From: Candidatus Aminicenantes bacterium
GTDB taxonomy: Bacteria; Acidobacteriota; Aminicenantia; Aminicenantales; UBA8522
Reading direction: 5' to 3'
Length of the DNA: 64,000 bases
NCBI GenBank assembly: GCA_017886205.1
Contig: JAFNEO010000040.1
Coordinates: forward strand, 57,346 to 121,345
Shown: positions 29,004-39,025 of the stretch, piece by piece
Layout of the letters: the number at the start of each line of letters is the position of its first letter
How positions within the stretch are numbered: position 1 is the first letter of the stretch
The notes under the pieces: generated by a model
Databases searched by the model: none
Seen by the model: the letters and a program-made list of their open reading frames with translations, nothing else
What the model was told of the DNA's origin: nothing
Translations under genes and position numbers: made by a program

Positions 29004-29132
29004 ATGAAAAAGAGTTGGGGGAAGAGTGTTTTTGTCGGGGTTTCTATTTTGGCTGTCTGTGCAATGTTTTTGGCATTACAGCCGACTCCAACACTGGACA
29101 ACAGCTTCTGCACCTCCAGGGCTTCAGCATAG
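29004..29132 (+). CDS. Small hypothetical membrane peptide (42 aa)
   Basis: A strong RBS aaaggagg lies 7 nt upstream of the ATG. The product has a hydrophobic core. Confidence 0.25.
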   Translation: MKKSWGKSVFVGVSILAVCAMFLALQPTPTLDNSFCTSRASA

Positions 29133-29454
29133 GCTCAGTCGCTGATATCCTTGAAAAGGTCAAAGATAATCTTCCTAAGGCAGCCCAAGAGGCTGGTGTT
29201 GATACTATTGTGAGCAAATGGGAGGTTGCTTACAAGAACCCATCCATCGAAATCGTCGATGTGACCTCTCATTTGGTTAAGTTATTCAATCCCCCCGAAC
29301 AAACACTCAAGATAATTGAGGGACTGTCAAAGCAGCCTCCAATCTCATTATTAGAAGCGCTGCAAATTAAGGAAGGGGAGCAGGGAGAAGTCCCGACTTC
29401 CCCGAAGTCGAGGATGCCAGGAAGAGGCTGGCAGGGCTGAAAGGCATATGATAA

Positions 29455-29513
29455 GCTCGCTCGTCGGGCTCATAACCCGGAGGTCGTTGGTTCAAATCCA
29501 ACCCCCGCTACCA
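29455..29513 (+). pseudogene. 3' fragment of an initiator-type tRNA-Met(CAT). It spans the anticodon stem-loop, T arm, acceptor 3' strand and CCA, with no 5' half.
   Basis: The sequence tcgtcgggCTCATAAcccggaggtcGTTGGTTCAAATCCAACccccgctaCCA matches tRNA-fMet 3' halves. No complementary 5' acceptor strand lies upstream. It directly abuts the junction motif at 29411-29457. Confidence 0.6.
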
Positions 29514-29702
29514 TCCGAATATCAACGTGTTCCCCATATGAACGAGGCCGGTCGTTTCACGGAAGAGGCGCCGGTCCGCCGCCGTCTCGAGCCCGAGGCC
29601 GAATAGCCCCCGGAGATAGACCTCCCACGAGTGCCAAGTCGCCGGGTCACGGAAGAGAGGGGCGAAGACATCCCGGCTATGGAGGGCGTCAATGATATTC
29701 AA
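29508..29702 (-). pseudogene. N-terminal fragment (64 aa) of a phage terminase large subunit
   Basis: MNIIDALHSRDVFAPLFRDPATWHSWEVYLRGLFGL... is collinear with the N-terminus of the intact terminase at 47345 ([36 protein letters not shown]...). It is truncated exactly at the tRNA-Met fragment. Confidence 0.5.
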
Positions 29703-29803
29703 GGGTTCTCCTTCGGCCCGTCATATTTGTCCCTCGGATGTCGGATAGAATTGATTTTGCCATAGAACCAGTGATAGTATGATTTCAAAGAGGGACGGCA
29801 AAT

Positions 29804-30145
29804 ATGAATATCAAAATTAAGGACCTTACTGCGTCCGATTTCCCCGGCATTGATGAGGCGAAGTTCAACGAATGGAAGGCGCTCAAAATCAAGAGGAACC
29901 GTGAACAGAGAATTGCCTTTTATATTGGGGTTGGAATATTGCTCATCTTGAGCCTCTTGAGCGTCCTGACTGCTAAGTCCATATTCTTGTTGATATACCT
30001 GAGTTTGTTCCTGAGTTTGTTTATAATTGATGACGTTTACATAATTTATCGCAGAAGATACAAGCACTTGCGCCAACTTGGTAAGGAACTCAAGATGTCC
30101 GCCCGGTTGAGGGCAAAGAAAAAGGGCAAAGAGTTTACCGGGTAG
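29804..30145 (+). CDS. Hypothetical small membrane protein
   Basis: It has two hydrophobic helices and a basic C-terminus, and lies in a locally AT-richer segment. Confidence 0.35.
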   Translation: MNIKIKDLTASDFPGIDEAKFNEWKALKIKRNREQRIAFYIGVGILLILSLLSVLTAKSIFLLIYLSLFLSLFIIDDVYIIYRRRYKHLRQLGKELKMSARLRAKKKGKEFTG

Positions 30146-30416
30146 ACGACGCGGAATTCGGCGGGATGGAAAAGTTTGTCAGAAGGGGAGACTATATCGT
30201 TACGAACGGTTTGAAAAGCCCGGGCAAACTTCTTGATATCGGACAGGTTATCGTTGGTCTGAACCCGGTCGCCTTGCGCCACTCGATTCGGTAAAAAGCC
30301 GAGCGAAATCCCCTTCATCTACAAAGCCAATCAGATGGGGCTCGGGGAAATGGATGTCAACAGGATAAAGGTTAAGAACGTCACGGCTTAGAAACTTGGT
30401 TGGCCACTTATGACGA

Positions 30417-32255
30417 TCAAGTGGGAGGACGAAGGCGCTCGCGGAACCAGTGGCGCAGTGCCTTCATTCTCTCCTTCTGGGAAGCGGGCGCGCGTCTTCG
30501 GCAGGATGAGAGTTCGTCGCTTCCCTCGGGCGCTCCCCAACGGATTTCGGCACAATCGTTAGGGTTATAAGCCATCTCAAAAGCGTCTTTCCTTTTCAAA
30601 ATTTCTTCTACGCTCAGGATCTGCTGCGTTCCATCCGTTCTCGTATAAGTAATGGTCAATTGCCTGGCACATTTCTGCTTAAGCTCCTCGAGTTCCTGTT
30701 TTACCTGTTTCGGGTTTTTATTCTTAGGAAATTTGAAGGACTGCGGGGAGCGAATGATTTTTTCGGGAAATTTGAGGAGAGTATCCATGGCTATCAGCAG
30801 GCGCATATCCCTATTGGGCGTGGAGTAATCTTCCCACAGTCCCACGTCTTGGAAGGTAGCCGCCGCCCCTTTCGGCATGGGGATGATTTCCCCCGGATGG
30901 GCTTTCCTGTAGTCTTCTCCATTGGCCACGGACAGCACGCGGGTGACGAGCTGCTCATGAAAAGCCGCAAAAAGGTCATGAAAGGCGGTTACGGGGTCAA
31001 GCGGCTCGGGGTTGATCAGACGTTCCATGATGTCGTAGAACTGATCGCTCGCCATATTCTTTTGCTCGAGGGAGAAATTGTCATAATCCGGGCTTTCCCT
31101 GATTTCCTCGTTAGTCATGGGCCGCCAATTGTTTTTGGCCTGAATAATTGGCCGAAAAGCCTTGAATCCGGGATTGCCGATGACATTCTTGGTATTGAAA
31201 AGAAAATTTCCCGCCCAGAAACGTCTTAAACCTATCGTGCCGTCAGGCTGGGCGTCGATGGCCAAGAGCTGGCCGGGATGATCGACCGTCTGAGGAATCC
31301 ACCTGACAATGATTAGCGTATGTCCGTAAGGGTCAGCGAACACTGCTCCTGGCCTTAAGTCATTCCGGGTGAGAGGGAGGGGATAGTAATCAGAATGCTC
31401 GTCTTCGAGTAACGTTCGGGCCGTTCCTGAATGGATGGCATCCATGATGAGGCGCAAGAAGGAGTTAAAGGCCTGGGTTTCACTCTTTGACCCGATCTCA
31501 ACTGGGTTCAATGACCATTTTTGACAGGCCGGCGCTATCTCGAGAGTGCCTCTCGTGCATTTGTGAAACCCGAAGGGGAGCCTCATTTTCCAGGCAAAAT
31601 AGGCCCTCAGGAAATAGGGCGCATCGGCACAGTCCGGCTCCATGACGATAGAGGTCTTCCCGCCCGGATCATCTTCACCGAGCGAGAGCGAGTTGTAAAG
31701 AATATTCCGTTCCGGGTCCCTGGTGACTTCGTGAAGGGCTTTCCAGGAAGTATTTTCATCGGCATCATGAAAGAGAGAGTCAATCCAGGCAGAATAAAGA
31801 TTCTCGGCGGCTCTGTTCCATTCCTCTTCTATTTTCCAGATCCCCTGCCCTCTGCTGCTCGCGGAATTCGCCGTGGGCACTCTGAGCTCGCGGGTGACCA
31901 AGAATTTTCCTTCCCGCACGAGCGAGACAGTATAAGCCCCCTCATGAGTGAGCGTGGCCTCTGCACACAACCAGAAGGGAGGACCGCCGCTTCTTCTCAT
32001 TTTTGCGACAGGCAGAGTGCCCGAGGGTCCGGTGATAACAATACTCGCATCCTCTATTTTGGCCTCGGAAGCCGCCAAAATACGGAGGGTTTCTGCGGGC
32101 TTAACAATCTTGGGTGAAATCAGTAGGGCGAATTTTTCTTCCCTTTTTTCTGGGGACGTAAGACTCGAATTTGAAAATAAGTATTGTGTCCCCAGAATCA
32201 TAAGGATAGCCCACAGGAGAGCGTTCGTTGTCTTGTGGATTTCGCCCTTAGACAT
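30417..32255 (-). CDS. Hypothetical secreted or membrane-anchored protein (~612 aa from the internal ATG)
   Basis: It is a long ORF whose N-terminus (MSKGEIHKTTNALLWAILMILGTQYLF) has a TM or signal segment. No confidently recognisable domain was found. Confidence 0.45.
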   Translation of the reverse strand: MSKGEIHKTTNALLWAILMILGTQYLFSNSSLTSPEKREEKFALLISPKIVKPAETLRILAASEAKIEDASIVITGPSGTLPVAKMRRSGGPPFWLCAEATLTHEGAYTVSLVREGKFLVTRELRVPTANSASSRGQGIWKIEEEWNRAAENLYSAWIDSLFHDADENTSWKALHEVTRDPERNILYNSLSLGEDDPGGKTSIVMEPDCADAPYFLRAYFAWKMRLPFGFHKCTRGTLEIAPACQKWSLNPVEIGSKSETQAFNSFLRLIMDAIHSGTARTLLEDEHSDYYPLPLTRNDLRPGAVFADPYGHTLIIVRWIPQTVDHPGQLLAIDAQPDGTIGLRRFWAGNFLFNTKNVIGNPGFKAFRPIIQAKNNWRPMTNEEIRESPDYDNFSLEQKNMASDQFYDIMERLINPEPLDPVTAFHDLFAAFHEQLVTRVLSVANGEDYRKAHPGEIIPMPKGAAATFQDVGLWEDYSTPNRDMRLLIAMDTLLKFPEKIIRSPQSFKFPKNKNPKQVKQELEELKQKCARQLTITYTRTDGTQQILSVEEILKRKDAFEMAYNPNDCAEIRWGAPEGSDELSSCRRRAPASQKERMKALRHWFRERLRPPT

Positions 32256-32439
32256 GCCTAAGTATATAAATAAGAAATAAAACGCTGTCAAATGAGCTCA
32301 AATCGGCGAATATATCTTGAAGAGTCTAGCCTTTTTTATTCCAGCCTCCATACTGACATCGAGACCAAAGCGGGCTAAAAGAAGCCTATTGGCAAATCAA
32401 CAGGCTCATCAGTGACCGAGTAGGTGTTGCAACCGCAGT

Positions 32440-32630
32440 GCGCCCGTAGCTCAGTGGATAGAGCGGTGGACTTCGAATCAGAACGGACTGATTTTCCTAA
32501 CCTCCTGAAAACAAAGTAATAGTCAATCTTTCCAGCAAGTTACAAATTATCTCTAGGTATACGGAAGTATACGAAAGTATATGGAAGTATACCGGGGATG
32601 GTCACAATTTGGTCACAATTACATAAGCCA
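32440..32630 (+). repeat. Second truncated 5' copy of tRNA-Arg(TCG) (nt 1-40) plus a conserved arm
   Basis: It matches the 22660-22850 repeat at about 93% identity. The tRNA portion is identical to the intact gene through cttcgaatc. Confidence 0.8.
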
Positions 32631-32642
32631 AGTTAAGCGGGT

Positions 32643-33485
32643 TTAGCGAAAGTCCTGTGACCTCGTCTCCTGAATATTTTGAGGATAAAGCTGCCACGCG
32701 CCGTTTACTTTTTTGTACCGGGTCGTCATCGTTTTAGCAAACCGGCGGCCATCCCACGTATATCGATAGAAACAAATGTCAGGCGGATCGATGATGATCC
32801 TGTCATAAGAATTCTTCTCGCCTCTTGTTCGCTTGGAGATCGTCGTGCCCGCCTGCGCGACGATGATCGACCGCTTGACCGTTATGTAGTGACTTTGTAA
32901 ATCTCCCAGGTAGTCTCGGTGATAATGTCCGGACAGCAACAGATCTATGCCACAGGGTTCGAGCGCTTCCACGGCCAGGGCTCCCCGTCCCACCAGTGCG
33001 GCGTAAGGGCTATCCAGGGGAGGCAAGAACGGGTGATGGGTGACAAGCACTTTGAAAAGATGGCTGCCCGCTGCGCAAAATTTGTCGGCCAGGATCTTGA
33101 TCTGAGCCATCGAGATTCTGCCGTTCTTAAAAGCTGCTGCTCGCGCGGTATTTGCGCCAAGGATCATCAGTTCATCATCTTGAAAGACCGGGTTCAGGTC
33201 GGTCGTGATGTAATGTCTGTACCGGCTGAGCGGCGTGAGGGTGCGCCGGGCGACGTCGTAAAAGGGAATGTCGTGATTTCCCGGCACCACCAGACTGGAA
33301 ACGGGGATCTTCCGGATGAATGCGCCGGCTGCTTCAAACTGCTTCTTTCGGGCGCGTTGGGTGAGATCGCCGCTGATGACAACCACGCTCGGATGAAATC
33401 GGGCGATATCCTCCAACAATATTTCTGCGATCCGCTCGTCTTCCATCCCAAAATGGAGGTCCGAAATGTGCGCAACCACCCTCAT
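32643..33485 (-). CDS. Calcineurin-like metallophosphoesterase
   Basis: Motifs I to III are present (DLHFG, GDLTQ, GNHD). Confidence 0.7.
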   Translation of the reverse strand: MRVVAHISDLHFGMEDERIAEILLEDIARFHPSVVVISGDLTQRARKKQFEAAGAFIRKIPVSSLVVPGNHDIPFYDVARRTLTPLSRYRHYITTDLNPVFQDDELMILGANTARAAAFKNGRISMAQIKILADKFCAAGSHLFKVLVTHHPFLPPLDSPYAALVGRGALAVEALEPCGIDLLLSGHYHRDYLGDLQSHYITVKRSIIVAQAGTTISKRTRGEKNSYDRIIIDPPDICFYRYTWDGRRFAKTMTTRYKKVNGAWQLYPQNIQETRSQDFR

Positions 33486-34384
33486 GGTATGGCTATCTCC
33501 GGCGCAAACACCCGCAACGCCTTAGGCCGTATCCGGTAATGGAGAGGGGTGTCGAGCGCCATGAGTTGGCCGTCTGCGGAAACCGTGATCTGTCTGCGCC
33601 GCGTTTGCACCTGGACCTCTCTGGAAAGTATGAAAGTAAAATCTCTGTCCTGTCTCAGGCCGAGGATCGCCATCAGGAGAATTCTCAGAAAAGCGAGCCG
33701 GCCCGTATGTTTCAAAAGATAAGCACAAAGTTCTCCGCGTTCCAAAGACGTGCGGTCGCCTATGCGCAGGAATTTCATTCCATATTTATTGTTGCCGACA
33801 AACAGGAAAGGAGTGGTGCTCGTCAGGCTGCCCTCGGAAGTTTCAAGCCGGATGGTAATCAGGGGAAACCGCAAGAATACGCGGAGGGAAGCGTCCAGCA
33901 TGGCGGGCCATTTTCCACGGCCAAGGCGAATGATCTCCTGGTCTCGCTTTCGTACCGCCTTGGGATAGAGGCCAATTGACGAATTGTTGACGAAGATGCG
34001 GCCGTTAACTTCTCCGACGTCGATCTCGTGGATCTTGCCTTCAGCAATCGCACGAGCCGCCTCTTGCAGGTCGAAAGGAATTTTCAAATCCTTGGCGAGA
34101 TGGTTCAACGTGCCGAGCGGGAGAATTCCCAACGGTGTTGACGTGCCGACCAGCGCCGCAGCCACCGCGCTTATGGTGCCGTCCCCGCCGGCTGCAACAA
34201 CGGCATCGAAATGGGAAATCACAGCCTGTTTTGTAAATGCAGTCAGGTCGGAAACTCCCGGGCATACGATTTGGGCATCCACGTTTACAGCTTGGAATGC
34301 TTTCGCGATTTCTTCCGTTTTGTTTTCTGCATCGGGGGAAGATCCCTTGCCCGCACCGGGATTGAGGATGACCAGGATCTTCAT
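33482..34384 (-). CDS. Diacylglycerol/lipid kinase catalytic-domain protein (YegS/BmrU-like)
   Basis: It has the motifs ILNPGAGKG, AGGDGT and a further conserved segment. There is a 4 bp overlap with the downstream phosphoesterase gene. Confidence 0.7.
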   Translation of the reverse strand: MKILVILNPGAGKGSSPDAENKTEEIAKAFQAVNVDAQIVCPGVSDLTAFTKQAVISHFDAVVAAGGDGTISAVAAALVGTSTPLGILPLGTLNHLAKDLKIPFDLQEAARAIAEGKIHEIDVGEVNGRIFVNNSSIGLYPKAVRKRDQEIIRLGRGKWPAMLDASLRVFLRFPLITIRLETSEGSLTSTTPFLFVGNNKYGMKFLRIGDRTSLERGELCAYLLKHTGRLAFLRILLMAILGLRQDRDFTFILSREVQVQTRRRQITVSADGQLMALDTPLHYRIRPKALRVFAPEIAIP

Positions 34385-34948
34385 AATTCGTCGAGGAAAC
34401 GCCAGGATCCTAGCCTCATCCATATTTGAAAGTTCAGGGGCATACGAAATTCCTTTTTCGCGCCGCGCGCATCTGCCATCCATATGGCTTGGAAATGACG
34501 CCTCCTATTACAAAAGGATGTTATCCCCGGCGCCCGATTTGTGTCAAGAACTCAAAAAAAGGCGCGCCGGAGCTTCTGCTGCCGCGTTATCGGCCCGGAT
34601 GGCCGGGAAACCACCCGAACGAAGATAGGCCACCCGTCGCCATCAAAATAATATCACCCGCTACTCGTAATCCCCGCTCTCCTCGGCCGCCATATGCCCT
34701 ACCAGGAAGAAAATCCTGGAAAAGAAAGCTCCCGCTCCTTCGCGGAATTCTTTTATAACAAGTTCAGGCACACTTGCCCCAAATGATCCGACCCAATTAG
34801 CACGATCTGGGGCGCGGGCGCGTCACTTACAAATGTGCAGCAACTCTAGAGCTGCAATAACGGTAGACATATACGCCACGCAGACCGTATCGGCGCAATC
34901 CTCACAAGCATTCTCGATTCGTCAATGTTGATCTACAACGGTAGCGAT

Positions 34949-35599
34949 TCAGCCTGTCGCCTGCGCACCGCGACTTCCACGAAACAAAAAGGTCAACGCA
35001 AACCCCACCAGAAATCCGCCGATGTGCGCCATGTAAGCGACGCCACCCGTCTGCGCTGTGTCGGCAATCGAACCGATGCCGCTAAAAAATTGCAGAACGA
35101 TCCAGATCCCAATGACGATCAGCGCTGGCACTTGAATCACTTGTTGGCCCTGCAATACTCTGACCTTTCCTTTCGGGAACAACAAAATGTAGGCGCCGAG
35201 CACCCCCGCAATCGCCCCCGAGGCTCCCAAATTCGGCACGTTTGATCCGAGGGTAAAAGCCAATTGTGCAAAAGTTGCCGCAATCCCACAAAGTAGGTAG
35301 AAGATTGTGAACTTGATGTGCCCGAAACGGTCTTCCACGTTGTCACCGAAGATCCATAAGTAAAGCATGTTGCCTCCCAGGTGAAGCCACCCGGCATGCA
35401 TGAACATGGAAGTGAAGAGTGTCAGAAAATTAGCGAAGGGATTGGCCAGGAAGCGGCCAGGAACGAAAGCCCACCTTTTGATAAAAGCGTCACCGCCACT
35501 CAGCTCTACAAAGAAAAACAGGACGTTTAGAGCGATCAAGGCATAGGTGACCAGCGGAACAGTTCTGCGGCCGCTATTATCATCACCGATTGGGAACAT
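34949..35599 (-). CDS. Rhomboid-family intramembrane serine protease
   Basis: It has six TM helices, the catalytic GASGAIAG segment, and a downstream His in AHIGGFLVG. Confidence 0.8.
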   Translation of the reverse strand: MFPIGDDNSGRRTVPLVTYALIALNVLFFFVELSGGDAFIKRWAFVPGRFLANPFANFLTLFTSMFMHAGWLHLGGNMLYLWIFGDNVEDRFGHIKFTIFYLLCGIAATFAQLAFTLGSNVPNLGASGAIAGVLGAYILLFPKGKVRVLQGQQVIQVPALIVIGIWIVLQFFSGIGSIADTAQTGGVAYMAHIGGFLVGFALTFLFRGSRGAQATG

Positions 35600-35687
35600 A
35601 GGATTTATCTCCTTTTACCAAAGATGGGCATTTCGTTTTCTGGTTTGCCGGCTGAATGAGAGATCATGGACCGATCTTATCCAATCC

Positions 35688-35728
35688 CGTCGTTAAGGAT
35701 GATAAATCCCAGTGTCGTCAGATGTCAA
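35688..35728 (+). repeat. First copy of a 41 bp direct repeat (cgtcgttAAGGATGATAAATCcCAGTGTCGTCaGATGTCAA)
   Basis: The second copy is at 36414-36454 (about 90% identity). The pair flank the 35798-36313 gene, and the second copy sits immediately upstream of the IS110 transposase. Confidence 0.7.
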
Positions 35729-35797
35729 CCTGAGCTGAAAATATGTCAACGCAACGTGAATATGTCCTATTCTTAGCAACATGAATCTGTCCTATTT

Positions 35798-36313
35798 TCA
35801 TCTCAGGCCAAGAACAACGGGGCCGCGCTTCCAGGGATGGGTGGGCGGGGGAATGTACTTGGGCGGTTTCCTCCGGATTTTAATGGCCAACACCCTGACC
35901 GCCGGTTTAGGCCGGACCATCTCGACCTCCTTGTACTCCAGCTCCTTTCCCTTGAACCGAAACGAAAGCCTCCCATCGAACCACTCCCTGACCATGACCT
36001 TCTGCTGGCGCAGGGTCAAGGACGGCCGGCTGAGGACGAATGTCCGGCTCGTCCACTTGATGATATACCCGTTGTTGACTGTCCGGATGCCCTGGAGGCA
36101 GAAGATATCATCCTGACCTGCCCCCGCGATGCGGTGCTCGTCAACGTGACGCTGGACCATCGCATTGATGCGTTGCAGACGCTCAGATGAGAGCCCTGCG
36201 TTGCCAGGCTCTGTCACGGAAACGGCTTCACTCCACAAAACAGATTGTAGGGCGACACAGATAACGAGACAGGTTGACAATACGATATGCCTCATAATCA
36301 CACCTCCGCGCAA
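35798..36313 (-). CDS. Hypothetical secreted protein, possibly a chimeric or pseudogenised serine-hydrolase (beta-lactamase-fold) N-terminal fragment
   Basis: The N-terminal ~80 aa resemble the start of beta-lactamase or PBP-like serine hydrolases (GLSSERLQRINAMVQRHVDEHRIAGA), but the SxxK active-site motif is absent. It is bracketed by the two 41 bp direct repeats. Confidence 0.3.
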   Translation of the reverse strand: MRGGVIMRHIVLSTCLVICVALQSVLWSEAVSVTEPGNAGLSSERLQRINAMVQRHVDEHRIAGAGQDDIFCLQGIRTVNNGYIIKWTSRTFVLSRPSLTLRQQKVMVREWFDGRLSFRFKGKELEYKEVEMVRPKPAVRVLAIKIRRKPPKYIPPPTHPWKRGPVVLGLR

Positions 36314-36413
36314 ATTGCTACGTTGACAAATCTAACCAGAGGGGAATAATAAGAGTTACGTTTTCGGCTAGGCCGGTTTGATGAGCATTCATGGCACCGA
36401 TTTGGCCTCACCC

Positions 36414-36454
36414 CATCGTGAAGGATGATAAATCGCAGTGTCGTCGGATGTCAA
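36414..36454 (+). repeat. Second copy of the 41 bp direct repeat
   Basis: See the first copy at 35688-35728. Confidence 0.7.
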
Positions 36455-36531
36455 GATATTATGAAAAGCCTCCTTTTCTTGGAAGATTATATAATGGTGG
36501 AAAATCTTTTTAAGGAAAGGAGGTCAAATTC

Positions 36532-37587
36532 ATGTTTCACATCGGATTGGATATGCACTAGAAGTTTTCGAGAGTTGAGGTTATGGATGAAGAGGGTCAA
36601 GCTATCGATCAGAGAGTTTTGTACCATGATGATCAGGAGAAGATAAGGGAGTACTTTAGTCACATCGGTCAAGACGGAACAGTCACTCTCGAGGCCACAC
36701 GCAACTGGTACTGGCTCTTTGAGCTTTTGGAAGAGGAAGGGTTAAGGGTCAAGCTGGCTCATCCCTCAAAGGTCCGATTAATCGCCGAGGCCCGAATAAA
36801 GACAGATTCTATCGATGCCTCCACGCTGGCTCATCTGGAGAGAACAGGATATCTTCCTGAGGCCTATATTCCTTCCCGGGATGTTCGGGATAATCGAGAA
36901 CTTTTGCGTTACCGGCTTTCTCTGGTCAGAATCAGAACCAGCCTGAAGAATCGCATCCATGCCATCCTGGATAAACTGGGGATAAACCATCCTTTCTTTG
37001 ACCTCTTTGGGAAAAAAGGCCGAGAGTTTCTCAGGGCGCTCTCTTTGAGGGACGTTTACAGAAAGGAGCTGGACGGCTATCTGTCAACCATTGAATTTTT
37101 AGATGAGATCCTCAAAGGGATTACCAAAAGAATCCAGACGAGCCTAGAGAAGGATCCTCAAGCTGAGCTTCTGATGAGCATTCCTGGAATTTCCTATCTC
37201 ACGGCGCATCTTCTTCTCTGTGAGATTGGAGACATCCAGCGTTTCCCTTCGGCGAAGAGATTGTGTTCTTATGCCGGGATTGTTCCAGGGACTCATCAGA
37301 GTGCTGATCATATCTGGCATGGCCCCATCACCAAACAAGGCAATTGCTACACCCGCTGGGCCATGGTTGAAGCTGTTCAGAAGGCCCTTGCTCAAGATCC
37401 TGTACTGGCCATTTTTTACCAAAAACTCAAAAGGGAAAAAGGGGCGGCTAAAGCCCGAGTGGCAGTCGCTCGGAAGCTATTGGTAGCTGTCTATTATGTG
37501 CTGAAGAAAGAAGAGAGATACAAATTTAATTCGCTGACAAGAATACATCTGGGCAAGCCCAGGAGCTCAACTGGTCACTTAGAGTAG
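36532..37587 (+). mobile_element. IS110-family transposase gene interrupted by an in-frame TAG at codon 10 (36559-36561). Translation could restart at the ATG at 36583.
   Basis: The strong RBS aaggaaaggagg precedes the ATG at 36532 (MFHIGLDMH*KFSRVEVMDEEGQ...). The N-terminus has the conserved IS110 opening (IGLD..K.S.V.VMDE.G). The C-terminus has the IS110/IS116/IS902 transposase domain (PGISYLTAHLLLCEIGDIQRFPSAKRLCSYAGIVP). Confidence 0.75.
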
Positions 37588-37930
37588 ACCGATGTCAAGA
37601 TTGGGACGCCCAGAATCGAAGACAATACAGTGTGCTAAAAGCACGGATAGAAGTTTGGGATACAAAACATGAACCATAGGAAATGAGAGCAAGAAAATGA
37701 ATAAAGGAGATTGACAATATGGAGGCTTTTCATAGAAGTTGAGCTCAGAACCTTTGCATACTCGGCGGGGGGAGCCTTGAGAAGGTCGCTTCTCTGGCCC
37801 CGCGTGTCCTTCACTTCGCCCGGATTCTTAGGAGCTAGGAAGCGAGAAAACGAGGGCAGATGTGAACTTTGGACCAACCCGCTCCGACTATCTAAATGGG
37901 AAGTACTAATGCAATTCGCCGCTTCGGAGG

Positions 37931-39025
37931 ATGGAGATGAAAAAAACGATGGGGATTGACTGGAAGATGTCAGCAAAGCTCGATTTCCGATTCATTTTGA
38001 CCTCCGTGATTTTGCTGATGGGATTTTTTCACGGTCAGGCCCGGGGAGAAAGCAACGAGCTCTACCGCACCGAAGAAATAACCGTACCGGCGGGCGATTT
38101 TACCGTCGTGGGCGATCTGTACATCCCGGTGAAGGGCGCGAGACACCCGCTCGTGGTATGGGTGCATGGCTCCGGTCCCCTGACCCGCCAGATGATGGAG
38201 CCGCTCCTCATGCCTCAAATCGAGGTGTTTCTCAAGGCCGGCTTCGCTTTCTTCATCGATGACATTCCGGGCGCGGGCAGCTCGAAAGGCGCCATATCGC
38301 ATGTGTACCGCTACCGGGCCATGATCCTTTGCAAAGAAGTGGAGGCCCTGGAACGCCGCCCGGATATCGTCCCGGGACAAGTCGGCGTTGCCGGCCATAG
38401 CCAGGCGGGCGTGGTCATGCCTCTCGCCCTGAAGAGCTCGTGCGGTATCGCTTTCATGATCGCGGAGGCCTGCGTAGCCGAAAGTAACACCGAGCAGGAG
38501 TCCTATTTGCTCGAGAAGTTCATGATCTGCGAGAACTACCCGCCGGAGGAGGCCCAAAAGGCCCGGAGATTGAATCTCCAGCGGTACTATGCCGAGAACT
38601 ACAAAGATTATCGGGAGGCCGCCGAGTACATCAACAACCACCCGGCCGCCCAGCTGCTGGAGATTACCGAACCGCTGATTGCGGAGGATGAATTCACGCC
38701 GCCCGACAAATCGGCCGGCACGTTCTTGGACCCGATGGGGATCGTCGCCGAGACCAGGATCCCGGTTCTGGCCCTTTTCGGGGAAAAGGACAACAACGTG
38801 GACCCGGTTCAGGGTGTGGAGGCGTACGAGAAGGTCTTGAAAGCGGCGGGCAATGAATTCTATCGAGTCGAAACGATCCCCGCCGCCAATCATATGCTGT
38901 ACGCCACCCAGGCCGGTTGCGCTCGGGAGCTCATGGTGCAGATACAAAAAGGGAAGCCGGATTTCGCCCCCGGCACCTTGACGGTCCTCGCCGACTGGCT
39001 GGAAAAACTCAAGAAACACCTCTGA
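37931..39025 (+). CDS. Alpha/beta-hydrolase (dienelactone hydrolase/S9-like) with a signal peptide
   Basis: It has a signal-like N-terminus, a nucleophile elbow GHSQAG, and a C-terminal His in a conserved context (ANHML). Confidence 0.6.
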   Translation: MEMKKTMGIDWKMSAKLDFRFILTSVILLMGFFHGQARGESNELYRTEEITVPAGDFTVVGDLYIPVKGARHPLVVWVHGSGPLTRQMMEPLLMPQIEVFLKAGFAFFIDDIPGAGSSKGAISHVYRYRAMILCKEVEALERRPDIVPGQVGVAGHSQAGVVMPLALKSSCGIAFMIAEACVAESNTEQESYLLEKFMICENYPPEEAQKARRLNLQRYYAENYKDYREAAEYINNHPAAQLLEITEPLIAEDEFTPPDKSAGTFLDPMGIVAETRIPVLALFGEKDNNVDPVQGVEAYEKVLKAAGNEFYRVETIPAANHMLYATQAGCARELMVQIQKGKPDFAPGTLTVLADWLEKLKKHL

